Position numbers and translations under genes: made by a program. Positions 32,633 through 46,900 of a stretch of 64,000 bases of DNA are shown one piece after another. The notes under the pieces are model-generated. The model saw only the letters and a program-made list of their open reading frames with translations, ran no database searches and was not told where the DNA came from. Each line of letters starts with the position of its first letter. Positions within the stretch are counted from its first letter, which is position 1. Source of the DNA: Eledone cirrhosa (Eukaryota); assembly GCA_964016885.1 (NCBI GenBank), contig OZ024740.1, positions 329,282,001 to 329,346,000 on the forward strand, in the 5' to 3' direction.

Positions 32633-32696
32633 CACAGACACACACCGACACACCCAATCAGGCATGCAAGCATACACACAGCAATAACATTCCCAC

Positions 32697-32751
<55 letters not shown>

Positions 32752-34132
32752 AAAATAAACTAGAACCTTATAGATATTTCGCTTAACTATATGAGTCGAT
32801 GTTGTGATACACGCGAAACAAGAGAAAGGAGACGTTGTCGCTTACTTTCTCCCTACAATCTTACAATCTCAAAATATGAGGCTCTCAAATTTCTTTCATA
32901 AACATCAAATATATCGTTCAATATATAATACGTAAATGTGTATAACGCTATGTTGGAGCACCAATACAGTCACCTGAAAATATCCTTGTAATTAATATAC
33001 GGGAATTCTGATAAAAAAAAAAAAAAATAATAAATAAACAAAACAAAATCAAAACAACCCATCATTTTAAAGCTACTTATGGCACTTAAAGGATGACATT
33101 TGTACCAAAATCAATATCATTTCGTCAATGATACTACTCAGAAATATAGTCAGAAAGTGTGAACCAGTATATGCAATAATGAAATGTTTATTCTCCAGCA
33201 AAACTACTAAGACATTGATCAGACATTGAACACTTATTTATAAATGTTGTCATGGGAACAATATTAAATATATTTCCCGTACAATATTAAACACTACTCA
33301 ACCGTAATGTACCATCCGTACACAAGACAAATAGTCCAGAAAACTACAAAGATAGATTAAAAGGGTATATAGTCACATCTATATGGGGATTGTCAGAAAA
33401 GAGAGGTACAACACTATGTGCAACGAAACAGTCAGAGCTGGAATTATAACTTATCCATATGATATCCACGTATATGCATTCACTCAGACACTAGCACACA
33501 CACACGCACGCACACACACACATATATACATATCTCTCTCTATATGCATATATGTCTATATATATGTGTGTGTCTGTATGTACGTGCGCGTGCATATATA
33601 TATGCATATCTTAAAATATATGAATAAGTATATATATATATGTGTGTGCGTGTATGTGTGGGTGTGTGTCTGTGAGTGTGTATGCAGGTGTGTATGCAGG
33701 TGTGTTTGCGTGTCTGTGCATATGTAGCATGGGGAAATCTACTTTATCATAAATCACGTTAGAAAGGAAATACAATACATGGTCTGGTGTGGGAGATGCG
33801 TAAAAAATGATTAATGGCTTAACAATGGAATAAATAACAACGACACTTCCGGAAAGTGAGAGCTATTTCCGGTATGTATTGTAGATAACAGTAGTAGAAA
33901 TATACATCGTTACGAAATATATACGTTTATATTAGAATCTCATTTATCTTAGATAAGGTTAGACATAAAAGAAATAATTGATTTCTTCGTACGTATTAAA
34001 TATATATCTCTAAGTTTTGTTTTCTAGAAAGCCTCGAAGATTCATTCATGTATCAATACTGGTATTTCTATACGTTTATACATAAACTCTCCGACACACA
34101 CACATACACACACACACATACACACACACACG

Positions 34133-34174
<42 letters not shown>

Positions 34175-34584
34175 CACACATACACAAACAGACAGTAGAC
34201 CTGCATATAGAATTATCTGAAATGGTGAGACAATCCAAACGAAAGTTTATTAAATATAAAAAATTATATTTACTTTAATATCCATTCTCTGGACAATACG
34301 ATGTTAATGCTTGGCATATGATGAAGGCTTCACCAGAATATTGGTTTAAAGTGTTAAAATCCGTTATAGTCTGTTTCTATGAAGGAAGGTTCGATAATTG
34401 CGAAAAGGTGGAGCAAAGAAATAATTAAATTCACGTCTATAAATTTGCAGATCTTTGGGATCTATGATAAAGGTAATAGAACGATTCTTTAACACACGTA
34501 TTCTTCTTAGTTTATGGCTTGTATATGTGTATAAATAACTAGAATAAACTTTACACATGTTGCAATATGTCAGGATTAGTAAAT

Positions 34585-34755
34585 AAAAACCCCCTTCGGT
34601 CACGAATGACCATGGGATTTTCATCTAGAAAGTTTCCCTCCGAGGCACGTGGAAGACAAGCAGTCACCCATGCATACCAGCCTCCCCTCTCCAGCTATGG
34701 TGTCCATGGGAAAGGCAATGATGTCGCAACTCATTCTGCAGCTGAGTAAACTGTA
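34585..34755 (-). mobile_element. fragment of another SINE/RTE-related repeat
   Basis: GC-richer island resembling cephalopod interspersed repeats (from memory); no second copy in the window. Confidence 0.35.
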
Positions 34756-35199
34756 AATATAATGAAACTAAGGTAATAAAAGGAAAATGAAAACATATTT
34801 TAGAACCAAACTGTCTCTAAACATGTTTGGACACCTTGTAAAAGCACGATATATTCCATGCTGAAGATTATGAGATATTCTCAATGAGATATACAGATTT
34901 AAATAAGAACGTTATCGCAAAGAATTTCAATTAGGAATTTATATACTATCAATTTTATTAATAGTATTATTCATTACGATTAAATTATATTTCACCTATC
35001 AGATTGAACATGGGGAACAAAGTAAATGTGAATAGAGATATTGGAATTGTTTAAATTTAAGATCGTAGAAGTACTGTTAAAAGAATGTAGTTATTATGAT
35101 TGAATTACGAAATATTTAATTTTCAAAGATTTTTAAAATGCGTATCATACAAAGGAGAGAATTAACGTCTACCGATAAAATAGTAACTAGTTCACTGTT

Positions 35200-37000
35200 A
35201 ATAAAAAACAAGAATACAGAGAAAGCTTCACATAATGTTTGCGCATTCACCTAGACTGATTTGGCAGCGGAATCAAGCAGTAGTAATGAGGTTTGTAATT
35301 TAAAAAAAAAAAGATACTTGGATATGAGCAAATCACCTTCGATAAGAAACACAAGTATAATTATAAAAAAAACTGTAACAATGAGAAAGATGCAAAATAG
35401 CATCAATCGAAAAGAAAAATCAATCATAAACATCGTTACTTTAAAAAGTTTTCTATTTAATTTGGAAGTAAAACACTCACCTCTGACAGTTCATTGCTGT
35501 GATCTCGTAAACACATAGCAAATTACAAGTAAACCACGGAAAATATATATGATTAAGTGTTCTTTCTACGGACTATAATTTTCATTTGAAATGTTCAGCC
35601 TTTCCGATTAATGTCCATGCTAAATGTGATTTTACTTTATTGTAGTCTGTTTGTTGCTCTTTAATTCACAGGTAGATTTAAAAACTACTAATAACATGCA
35701 TGTTTTCACACAGAATTGTTTCAAATATTTTCATCGAAATTGAAAGATCGATATATGAAGTCAGTAGTTCATCTTCGTTCCGCAACACTTCAAGAATGAT
35801 TTTAAAATAGTTAACCAGGAACAACAACAACAACAAAAACAAAAACAAAAAAAAAAACAAAACAAAAAAAAACAATATACTATATATATATATATTTACA
35901 GATATGTCGATTATTGCTGACTATGTGTACTTATGATTAAGAAAAATGTATATTATCTTAGATTTCCACAATAAAAAATAACACATGCTATAAGATTCGG
36001 AACAAATAGACTGTAGAGGTCAATTTATTTATCATTACCCAGGTTTTAAAACTTCATACCTCGCATATATAAATCTGCATATGACAAAAGTCTATATGTT
36101 TTGCTTATGTACATATGGATAGAGAATGATGCGGTGATATATTGTATGAATTATTTTTTCAATGAACTTATAAACTTAACATGAGAACAGTGTATTGGCA
36201 ACGAAAATAATACCCAACATCTAAATAACTGTTTCATTGTCTATGTCAATTTTCCACCCTTGGTATAGACATTTGACTAATTATATACACAGAACTAATT
36301 CAACCTCTAACATAACAAACACACGATGATCTGAGCGCAACAGTATTATTAGTGAAGTTAATCATAAAACACGCAGAATGTAAACTTGATTGCATTTCCT
36401 ATTTATCAAGAAAATGCTCTGATCTTCAAATAAATTTGCTTTCAACTGAATACAGCTTCATCAGGCGATACGTTTCAAGAAAGCGAAATAGAGCGGTGTT
36501 GAACACGGCATTATTAGATATTAGTAATATGTATGAGATTAAATATGTCCAAGCACAAATTGAAAATATTGTCGCTCGAAAGGATAAATCCGTTTTTGTT
36601 CTATAACACTGAGAATATTTTAACGCGTACATTGTGATTACCTACTAATGAAATATGGGTAATGTTGTTGTAATCACTTTAGAAATTCCATCAGTGTATC
36701 TACTTGTATCCAAGCAATAGCTTCTGGTAATGGCATCGAGTCAAGATGAAACCTCAGATTTATTTGCAGAGATATGAACGTAGACACTGCAAATGGCTAT
36801 TGTTAGACTTCTCAAGTGATATATGCGAGTAGGATGGTGTGAAAATCATAGTTTTATTATTATACTAAGTGAAATAAATATATTTCACGAGGGAAAAAGA
36901 AACTAGATAGAGACACAATTATTTGATTGTGTTGTTACCTTTCACTCACCTAAACTAATATTATTACTAAATGATTAATAAATGTTACTGAATAAATATT
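35200..37000 (+). pseudogene. decayed protocadherin-like relic (best-ordered motif series)
   Basis: DLAAES, ERSIYEVS..MILK*LT, FAYVHMDRE*CGDILYEL, NENNTQH..NFPPLV, LLSTEYSF, IASGN..VDTANG appear in the order expected for EC1-EC6. Confidence 0.48.
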
Positions 37001-38034
37001 AAAGTGTCTTTATAATGTAGGAGAGTGTCACCAAGTGCTCCGACGCCACTAAATTCTAGTTTCTAAGAAACGTTTAATATATTAACCATGAAGCTATCAA
37101 TTCCCGCAAATGATGATAAATAACTGCAATAGCTTGCCAAAATATTACGAAGAATCTTATAAGATTGAAATAATTTCAGAATTACTTGGATATATTATGG
37201 CAGCGATATTAATATTAGATATTACTGTCACATTCTAAATCACATTACTTAAATTATATACAACATTAAGTCTGAGAGAATATTTTCAGAATATCTAACT
37301 TCACCACTCATATATGTTCACCAGGTTACTTGTAATCGTTGTTCAATTATTCATAGTTTATGGCAATATTAAATACTTGATTTTGAATCACAGGAAAATA
37401 GTTTTTAGACATCAAACGTCCGGTCTACCAGTCAAATAACAACTTCAGTTCGGTTGACTATTGATGTATGTATGTAATCGACCCGTAACTCCTAATGGAA
37501 TTGTAAAGGTAGCGAGGTGACATACAGCGAAGCGCATCTCCTCTCCACGTCTGAACACAGCCGATTCATTCCATAGAACAATAGATCATCATAAAGAGGA
37601 AGTGAGAAAGAGATATAGTGAAAGGAATGAGCCCTATAGTAGAATGGTTCACTTTTTCATATAAATCGAAAGAATGAAAGGCATATTGCTCTCAGCGAAA
37701 TTGGAAATCAGAGCGATGAGAGTTACACGTCATGGCACAAGCCATTCAATCTGACTTTCCAATTACACTGCAATTTCCCACTTCTAACTTCACTATACCT
37801 CTTCCACAAGATGAATGTCTTCTAAATGAGTTAAAAAATAATATTAAACCCAACTTACGCGCTGAGACCAAATCCTGCTAATTTTAACTAGGTCTTATTC
37901 CTTCCCGTTCGATAAAGTAAGGACGCACAGACACACACCCATACACATAACCACACACGTATAGACACCCATAAAAAGACATGCACACAAACACACACAC
38001 ACACACACACGTATAGACACCCATAAAAATACAT

Positions 38035-38124
<90 letters not shown>

Positions 38125-38134
38125 TTTAAAAAAT

Positions 38135-38580
38135 AGAAGTTAGGGAAAGAAGATGCTGACAAATTTTTCCCAGTGAAAAATAGTTTAATTAGGAATAAGT
38201 ATAAATTAGTAATAAGTATTAGTTATTATTCAGTTTTAGTTTTCAGTTGTTACCGGTTGCGCATTTCTTATGCTTTTCAAAAATAATTTTGAGTGCTCGT
38301 GATTTTTACTCTAATCTGATCAGTTTTGGAAATTCTTCTTGTTTTATGTGAAAAAAGTGGGTTGGGAGGTATTAAGATTTGATTGGTTGTTGAATGTCAC
38401 GTGAATAAGCACTATAAATTTCGCACCAATTCGTGTTGCAAAATTTCTTGTAGTCAAAACAATTTTGATTGGTCGGTAGAAGTCATGTGAATGTTTAAAT
38501 TGATTTTAGCGCGAACTGGTTTCGCGCCAAATGTAGGTTTGTCGAAGAGTGTCCTTTTCCGCTTGATTGAGTTGCAGTCA
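38135..38580 (-). mobile_element. pLTR fragment of the 22.3-kb/26.0-kb family
   Basis: Colinear similarity to 22300-22680, including the variant hammerhead. Confidence 0.8.
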
Positions 38581-38640
38581 TGTTAAGAGGTCAACAGTTC
38601 AGGTTTATATTAAGACAAATATGTGTGTGTGTGTGTAAGA

Positions 38641-38841
38641 ACAAAGGAAGTGTGGTAAGGAACCAGATGGACCATAATGCACCAGAGTACTCGATACTTA
38701 GGGTCATAGTGGATAATTCGAAAAGAGCCAAGACCTTGACAGCTGACCTCCGGCCGTTTCGACAGCTAGATCTGAACTGTCGAAACAGATCTAGCTGTCG
38801 AAACGGGCGGAGCTCAGCCGTCGGGGTCCTGGCTCTTTTCC
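38641..38841. mobile_element. mini inverted element of the 56.3-58.7 kb family
   Basis: 38641-38765 mirrors 58615-58739. The short arm GTCGAAACGGGCGGAGCTCAGCCGTCGGGGTC ends at CCTATA-(TA)n. Rearranged centre. Confidence 0.8.
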
Positions 38842-38845
38842 TATA

Positions 38846-38900
<55 letters not shown>

Positions 38901-38919
38901 GAGTATATCAATAGGCGGC

Positions 38920-40385
38920 GTGAGGATAATTAATATGTTTACTGAAAACTATTTCTTCAGAAATAGAATTACTTGAGCAATATAGATCGGAGTGAATCAA
39001 ATGAAACGGTTCATTAGATTTCTGATAAGGGGGTAGGGTGAAGATGGGGGCGAGAATATATTTAGTTGTGAATGGCCGAAGGCGATGTTGGGGAAGTATG
39101 AGTGGATATAAAAAAAAAAGAGAAATAAATGGAAGGAGGCAGGAAGTGAGAAGAAGTGAAAGGAAAAACAGTAAGAAGAAAAATGTAAAGAAAAAAGAAA
39201 GAAATAAACACGAACATTTTACAAATTCAACTTTGTTATCATCATCACGGTGGTTATGATGATGGTGATGATGATTTGTAAAATGTTCACAGTTAGTGAA
39301 ATTATAGATATACGATTTGTGATGGTGATGGTAGTCGCAGAGTTAAAGGAAAATATGAAACAATATAAAATACATATGAAAACATAATGAAAATATAAAC
39401 ATGAAAAATATAATATAGAATGATATAGAATATATAGTAAAGCATAGAATGTAAACTATGGAATATGAATAATGTAATATATTGTATTTTGGTACGACTA
39501 CGTATGCATTTGGGGGGATTAATGGTGGAGTACACAACTGGAAGATTTGGAAAAGGTGAGACATACCAGAATAATAGGAATAATGAAATGGAGAATGAAA
39601 GCGAAATAAAACTGAAGTGTAAAAGTACAATTGAAAAAGGGACAGAAAGAGAAAGAATAATAAAAATAATTTAGAGAGAAATGAAAATATAGGGAAATGA
39701 ATAGGGATATAATGAAAATGGAATATAAAACTGAAGTGCCACCCCACTCTTCAAGGCATAAGCACACGTACTAACATACAATATATTTCATATTCTATGT
39801 TTTATATTCTTTGTGTTACTATATATTCTATGTTATTTTATAATATATTGTATTTTTCATTTTTATTTATTCATATTTTTTCCATATTATATTATGTCTT
39901 TTATATGTTTAAATCTTAATTAATGCCATATTTGTTCATATTTCCCTTAATTCTGCCATTACAAATCTATCACTAACTTCACGAATTTTACAAATCTCTC
40001 TTTATCATCATCATCTAAATCATCATCACTACCGTATATACTATGTCTATATATATTTCTATTATTATTTTTATTTTTATCTTTCTCTTTTTGCTTTTCT
40101 TTTTCTTGCTCCTTTTCACTTTCTCTTCTACTCCTTACCGTCCCCCTTCCATTTAATTTTTCTTCCCTTTTCATATCCGCTCAAACCTTTTCAACACCCC
40201 CTTCAACCACTGACCACTATATATAACTTCACCAAAACCATCATCACCACCCACTAGCAGAAATCTACTGAACCGTTTCATTTCTTTCACTCCATCCAGT
40301 TTATCTCATGTAATTCTATTCATTTTCAGACAATGTTTTTTTTAAAAACACGTAAACAAACAATGAACTTATTCCGCCAATATAT
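38920..40385. mobile_element. old, diverged inverted-repeat element (purine-rich left arm, pyrimidine-rich right arm)
   Basis: AATAGAATTAC..ATGAAACGGTTCATTAGATTTCTG mirrored by CAGAAATCTACTGAACCGTTTCAT..GTAATTCTATT; strand asymmetry switches near 39770. Confidence 0.6.
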
Positions 40386-40959
40386 ACAGCATCTCGAAAC
40401 GACTCAACCGCAGAATAATAATGGTTTCTTTTTTAGGCGCATGGCCAATAGTTTGGGAGTGGAAAGTCGATTAAATCGACCCCGGTACGGTACGTTATTG
40501 TATTGACCTCGTAAAGAGGAAACCAAAGATAACCCTGTTGGTATTTGAACTGAGATACTAGGGGGACGACAATGCTAGTACTCTGTCCCAGATTAAAAAC
40601 AAATAATGAATATATATATACTAAAAACAGGATCATAATGAAACAAGTAAAAAAAGATTAATTCTAAAAATAACGCTGTTGAGTATAGCAATAATTTAAG
40701 TGGAAAATAATTGCATGGCTAATATAAGTGAAAATAAACAGAGTGATGATATGTATATATATATATATATATAAGGTTCAGCACCATCCTCAGCATTCTC
40801 ATCTGAGTGAGTCTCTTGGTCAGTGTCTAAGTCTCAGACCCGTACAGTAGCACAGACTCCACCGTCGCATTGAAGAAATGGATCTCCAGGTCTTTACGGA
40901 AGTCCGACTCCCACACCGATATCAAACTGTGGCACGCCGCCCAGGATTTGCTCTTCCTG

Positions 40960-41190
40960 AACATTAATCAGTGTACACTGAGGATGAAGAACTCAGAGCT
41001 GCACGGAAGCCTCCCAAAAGTCAGCTGGAAAGTAACACAGAGGAGACTGAGGTTAGGTGGACATGCTCGCCGACATTCAGAGTTAACACCGCACTCAATG
41101 CTCCCGTGGGAGCCTCTATACGGACACACTAGAAGTGGAAGACCAAGGTTGACATATATTGACGATCTAAGAAAAGTCATTGGTCTTTGG
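40960..41190 (+). mobile_element. RTE-clade LINE ORF2 3' fragment
   Basis: NSELHGSLPKVS.KV.QRRLRLGGHARRH.E....L.WEP..G....GRPRLTYID.L is a typical RTE C-terminus. Confidence 0.8.
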
Positions 41191-41639
41191 GAGACGCAGA
41201 ACAGTGTTTTGTACACATACAAAAAGCACATATATCTAGAAAGAACATATATCACACGGAAAAATGTCTTATTCCATATGGAATTTTCATGATTCAACCA
41301 CAAAGTATAATCGATCTAAACAATAGATCATCGATCAGCAGCTATCGGTTTTGGTTAAGATATGGGAGACATGAATCATTCATCAGAGGAACTACGTCAA
41401 TTATATAAATCAAATATAGTTGCTATAAAGTATTTAGTAAAAAATACTTATGTATATCTGCTAAGATTTACGATCAATCCCAACGCAAAATTCAAGATAT
41501 TTTGAGTAAACTTTAGCGGGGCCGCTTAAGAAGTCGTCTCTATAATTAGAGCAATCACTCTAGTCTCCCTTTTTGGAGCTATCCCTCCCGATTAACATCC
41601 CTTAGGTCCCTCTCCAGAGATCAAGTGCACATGGCATAT

Positions 41640-42030
41640 AGGATTCGGCTAGAGAAAACCTTTTCTTTTTGAAGCTTTAAGAAATCGGGCTGGATTTCAT
41701 CCTCCCGAGAAACCTTGCCACATTTCAGCTCATTAATTGCTTTGGCAATCTCAGTTTCCGAGAGGTTAGTTATTAGTTTTATATGACGCTTGTGGCCAGG
41801 CATATGAGACCAGCAGTATATTCTCTCCACCTCGTGAGGATGTATCACTCTCAAGGAAGTGGAACACTTGATACGTTGCTGATAGCAATCGTAGAGGGGT
41901 ACTTCTTATTATCATGTCTGTGGATGGTCTTCAAAAATACTTTATTTGCTGACCTGAAGTCGGATTCAACAGAACGATGGAGGTATTTATTGACTATGCA
42001 GCCAGTTGTGGCACCTAATTGTACCGCAAG
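41640..42030 (-). mobile_element. LINE (RTE-like) fragment upstream of the RT domain
   Basis: [17 protein letters not shown] and LSETEIAKAINELKCGK...DEIQPDFLK. Confidence 0.75.
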
Positions 42031-42041
42031 CGCAAGAAGGA

Positions 42042-42081
<40 letters not shown>

Positions 42082-42130
42082 CCCCCCCCCCCCACACACA
42101 CAGACACACACACACACACACACACACACG

Positions 42131-42199
<69 letters not shown>

Positions 42200-42380
42200 G
42201 TATATATATACATATATGTATATATATATATGTATATATATATACATATATATATGTATATATATATATGAATTAGTACTCACAGGGGAACGGATGAAGA
42301 ACCCAAAAGCACACACTTCGTCCGTTCCCATGTCGATTCAACTTGGATTGCCTCGGAAATATAACCTTATTATATAACAA

Positions 42381-42454
42381 GCTGTCTGATGATGACACGA
42401 CACTCGCACACAGAACAGTGTGGCCAGTATCGTCATTGAAATATATATCACAGC
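42381..42454 (+). ncRNA. type I hammerhead ribozyme (copy 1)
   Basis: GCTGT-CTGATGA-TGAC..GTCA(TT)-GAAA-TATATA-TC-ACAGC; palindromic stem III. Confidence 0.75.
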
Positions 42455-43671
42455 ATTATTATTAGAGGACTTGAAAATCTGAAACTACTTCGCTTTTACT
42501 TATTCGATATTTACTCCGTCACTCCTATGTGGAAAAAGTACGTTGAGTGCTTGAATTGAATTGCATCAATATTTACCCTAAGAATTTAGCTCCAATTAGT
42601 TGAGCGCTCTATGATGTAACCGATATGGTGGAGAAGAGAGGAACCAACCTTGAGCTAACCCTGGAAATTCCCTCTACCATGCGGATGGAAACCCCTGACA
42701 CTGGATGGGCATAATAGTAACTTTCAGCAGGATAAATACGCGGAAACAAAAACTAAGATAAACCCATATTTTCCTGCACCAAATCGCTTTTGAACAGAAG
42801 GCCCCTCAATGCAATCTATACATTGACAAATTGACAATCATATGGATTATTTTGCATATATGTACTCTGTGTTTTTGCATTTATTCATTATTGGTTCTTT
42901 TCTTTTGTGTACTTTATATCTGTTTTTCTTTGGTTTTGTTCCATGTGATGGAAATTATGACTGTATACCAGATTGACTACTGCCTTGAATACTGTAGTTT
43001 ACTCTCCGTTCTAATGTACGGCACTATCGTTCAATATGTGGATAGTGTAACTGTGACATTGGAACCCCTCTCATAACTTCTTACTTAAACATCTCTCTCC
43101 GTATTATTTACTCACTTCAATCTATACGTTTTTTTACTCACCTCAATCCGGATTCTCACTTGAACATTTTTTTAATTTCTAATTGTTAATTTTTTAATTG
43201 TTTAATTTATAATTTCTGATTTTTGATTTAGGATTTTAATTTTTATTTCCAACTCTCACTCATAACTTCCAATGTAAAACCTAGAATTAAGTATATTTTC
43301 TCTTGGGAGTTGATGGTCAGTCGTACTGTCCATGCTTGGTGAGAGGTAGTAGTGTGACCTGTAAAAACTAACACTCTCCCATTCCCTCTGGCTTTCGGCT
43401 GACTGCCACAGACGGGACGGGTAGCAGTAAACTATGGTACAGGCCTAAATGGGTCATTGATTGGTTGAGAGTCTGAACTGACTAAGCGAAGTTCGTTGAA
43501 ATCGGCGGTAGCTAATGGTCAACTTCCTTCGGACATGCGCCTGCGCAGACCGGTGGGGGTGAATTGGTACTCACAGGGGAACTGATGAAGAACCCAAAAG
43601 CACACACTTCGTTCGTTCCCATGGCGATTCAACTTGGATTGCCTCGGAAACATAACCTTATTATGTAACAA

Positions 43672-43744
43672 GCTGTCTGATGATGTCACGACACTCGCAC
43701 ACAGAACAGTGTGACCAGTTCGTCATTGAAATATATATCACAGC
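43672..43744 (+). ncRNA. type I hammerhead ribozyme (copy 2)
   Basis: Same fold as 42381-42454, with one stem II substitution. Confidence 0.7.
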
Positions 43745-43821
43745 ATTATTATTAAAGGACATGAACATCTGAAACTACTTCGCTTTTACTTATTCTATAT
43801 ATATATATAGAAAGAGAGAGA

Positions 43822-43998
43822 CATTTGGCACAAGGTCAGCAAATACCCAGTGCATTACTGGTACTTTATCTTATCGACCCCGTAAGGATCAAAGGGAAAG
43901 TTAACCTCGGCGGGATTTGAACTGAGAATGCCAAGGGCCCTAACTCTATGCATGAAATCATCGCGTCCGACCCTCTACCGATACTGCCAATCCACCAT
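43822..43998 (-). mobile_element. SINE of the main family
   Basis: Family match to 1267-1452. Confidence 0.88.
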
Positions 43999-44258
43999 TA
44001 TATATATCTCACCTACCGTTACAATGACTCCCAATTTGCAAGACATCACGGAAGCAAATATATTCTCTATTCTCTGAGTTCGCCGTAACCCTGTCATCTC
44101 AAATAACTAAATCTGGAATCAACATGTGATAACATTGCCCAAGATTCGCATTATGATCGGACGGCGAGACTGAACTATTGAAATGTGTATAGTATGTTAA
44201 ACGAATTAAAATGTTATAGAAAGTTTCCAATCCGGCCTAACTTTTGTCTTTTATACAT

Positions 44259-44345
<87 letters not shown>

Positions 44346-44857
44346 ATCCTACTATTCATGTTGTTTAACTTTGATATAGGCAGATCATTAGTTCGTTATA
44401 TACACATTCATATGACGACTTATTCAGCATCATATGATGCCATTTAGACAGTGTGTCTGAATTCCAATACAACCACATACCAAATATATATGTTGAAGTT
44501 GAATTCAAATGTTATTTCATATAGAACGGAAATATGTTGAAAATATATTTCATTTAAAAGGAAATTTAATCTTATCATTATGAAAACACAATTTGTTGAA
44601 AAATGCCATTTAGTTTCGATATATTTCTGTCTATGGATATTTTTGTTTTGACTATATCTATCTGATATCGTCTAACATATTTGATTCAATTCTGTTTCGA
44701 TGTATTTTTGTTCTTTGCAAATTTGTCATCCGACGAATTATCCTATCTGCCGATTTCATTTGCAGTTCTAGCAATATTACGTTCACTCAAAGAATACATA
44801 ATTATCAATGAATATCCCCAGTACAAGCAATAATACAGAATGAGAGAGAGAGAGAGA

Positions 44858-44938
<81 letters not shown>

Positions 44939-46789
44939 AATCACACAAACGCAGACACACATACGCAGATACATACTTATATATATATACATAATTATGT
45001 GTGTGTGTGCGTTTATATGTGCGTTTGTCTATCTATTACAAGTACAGAAAAGGTACGTTAGCGTAATAGTTATGTTATACCATGGAATATTGTAATATAT
45101 AGTGTAAACTCCATCGACGTGATGTTTACTTGCGTAAGATAGTTTACTTCACATATCCCCATTACACGCAGTTGCCAAAAATGGCTAGCCCTGTCACACA
45201 CTGTGTCATAGAGAATCTTCTTGACACTTACGTTAAAATGCATCTCTCCATAGAATACTCATTTACTTTCATGTCAATTTCAAAAGCAGACTGTTCGAGG
45301 CTTTGAACAATCATAACTCTGGAACACTCATCGTCGGAACCGATGGAAGTCCCACACACATATTTGCACAGCACCACTTTCACACATAGCTGTGTTCATA
45401 ATATATTGTAATCTCAGAAACAGCGGCATATCTTTTAGCCCTATGTATTCCTTCCTTTCATTCTATCTCCCACTTATTCAAGTATTTATAATTCAAATTA
45501 TTCATAACATCTGTTAATCAAATTCTTCTGACGCTTTTTCCAATAATTCAAGACCTGCCAACCTCTAAATACCCAAATGGGGAGTACCATGAAAACAAGG
45601 GCCTTGAAACGGGGAGAGATGAGGCAAAATAGAGAGATTTTACAAGATGAAAACTATACCCATTTCACAAGGGAATCTCTCACCCACCGCAAAGCGTGTT
45701 GGAGATCTCCCCGTCGGACTGGAAGAATTAACAGGCCTGTAATTCAGCTGGAGCTGCCAGTTCCCATTGATAAAAATGAACATGCATTTCACAGTCTGTT
45801 ACTCAAAGTTCTATTGTCCATTAATCAATTATATAAAAACTAGTTTTCCGTTATTTATGACCATGTAATTTTATCAGTATTGGAGGTAGCCATGAGAATG
45901 AAATGCTACTAATTCATGTCCTAGGAAGGTTTCATTGTTTTATGTTTGTATTGTTTTTATTTTCATGTTTAGTCATGAAATGTCTGAATATTTAGAGGGA
46001 AAATGTTTCCATTGATTCTTGCCCAAACGATTTACGGATATGACTACTCCACATTCTTATATAGAAAAAAGAAGAACATTCAGAAATTCGAGTTGAATAC
46101 CAAACATTAAATGTGCACGTATAGGTGCTTCAAAAACGTTAATAGATATCACCACAAGTTTTCTAAGCAAATCTATGACAACTATTAAATAATAATTCCG
46201 TGAATTATGTAGACTTTGCAACATTTTATTTGATATAATTCATGACGTTTTGTGTAACTATATTAATACATTGCTATATAATATATAGTGCAATAAAATC
46301 TATATTAGATTATGTGTCATTTAAATATTTTATTATACATCACTCCACTTCCTAATGCATTCATGTAAATTTTCTGACAGTATTGACTGAAGGCCCAATT
46401 TAGTTGAAAACATGAAAGGTTTATTATATAATAAGTTCAACATTACCATTTTCTCGTATATAATCTACATATTTCTGATATATCTGTTCAATCATATTTC
46501 GTGTGCGACTATTTTAAATCAGTCTTTCTATCGATCTATTTAAAACTAATGATTTATGCAAGTTATTTTATGTAGCTAAAGTAGTAACATGAACTATTTC
46601 ATTATGACAATATTCACACACTTTCATTCATGCCATTTGTTTACACGTATTTTAATTACCATACTAGATTTTAATAAAGAGGTCACGGATCACGTTTGTC
46701 TTGAAAAAGTAATTTGAAAATATTGAGTCATTATAATCCGTTTCACTCGCAGTTCTCCATTAATTTATCTATTTAAAAATCATAAAGAT

Positions 46790-46900
46790 ACAGCCTGTAT
46801 GGTTAGAAGAATCGCTTGGAATCTACGTATTCGAAGGTTACGTCCCATTCTACAGCGCCTTGGGCAAGTGCCATCTATTATAGCCCAGGATAGACCAATA
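46790..46900 (+). mobile_element. diverged tRNA-derived CORE-like SINE
   Basis: TGGTTAGAAG..GGTTACGTCCC..CCTTGGGCAAGTG. Confidence 0.55.

Larger units (their letters stand above)
30498..33400 (+). pseudogene. decayed protocadherin-like relic interrupted by a SINE, a palindromic element and microsatellites
   Basis: Signal-like MVSQYPQLCILCLVNFI, DINEYA, HNTKVSYAI, PSSVSALKITVNINQ, GAPIQS..ILVINIRE, NNEMFIL. Confidence 0.42.
42270..43800 (+). mobile_element. non-coding element with ~240-bp direct terminal repeats, each carrying a hammerhead (retrozyme-like), in (TA)n
   Basis: 42270-42510 is nearly identical to 43561-43800; no credible ORF in between; TA-rich flanks. Confidence 0.85.
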
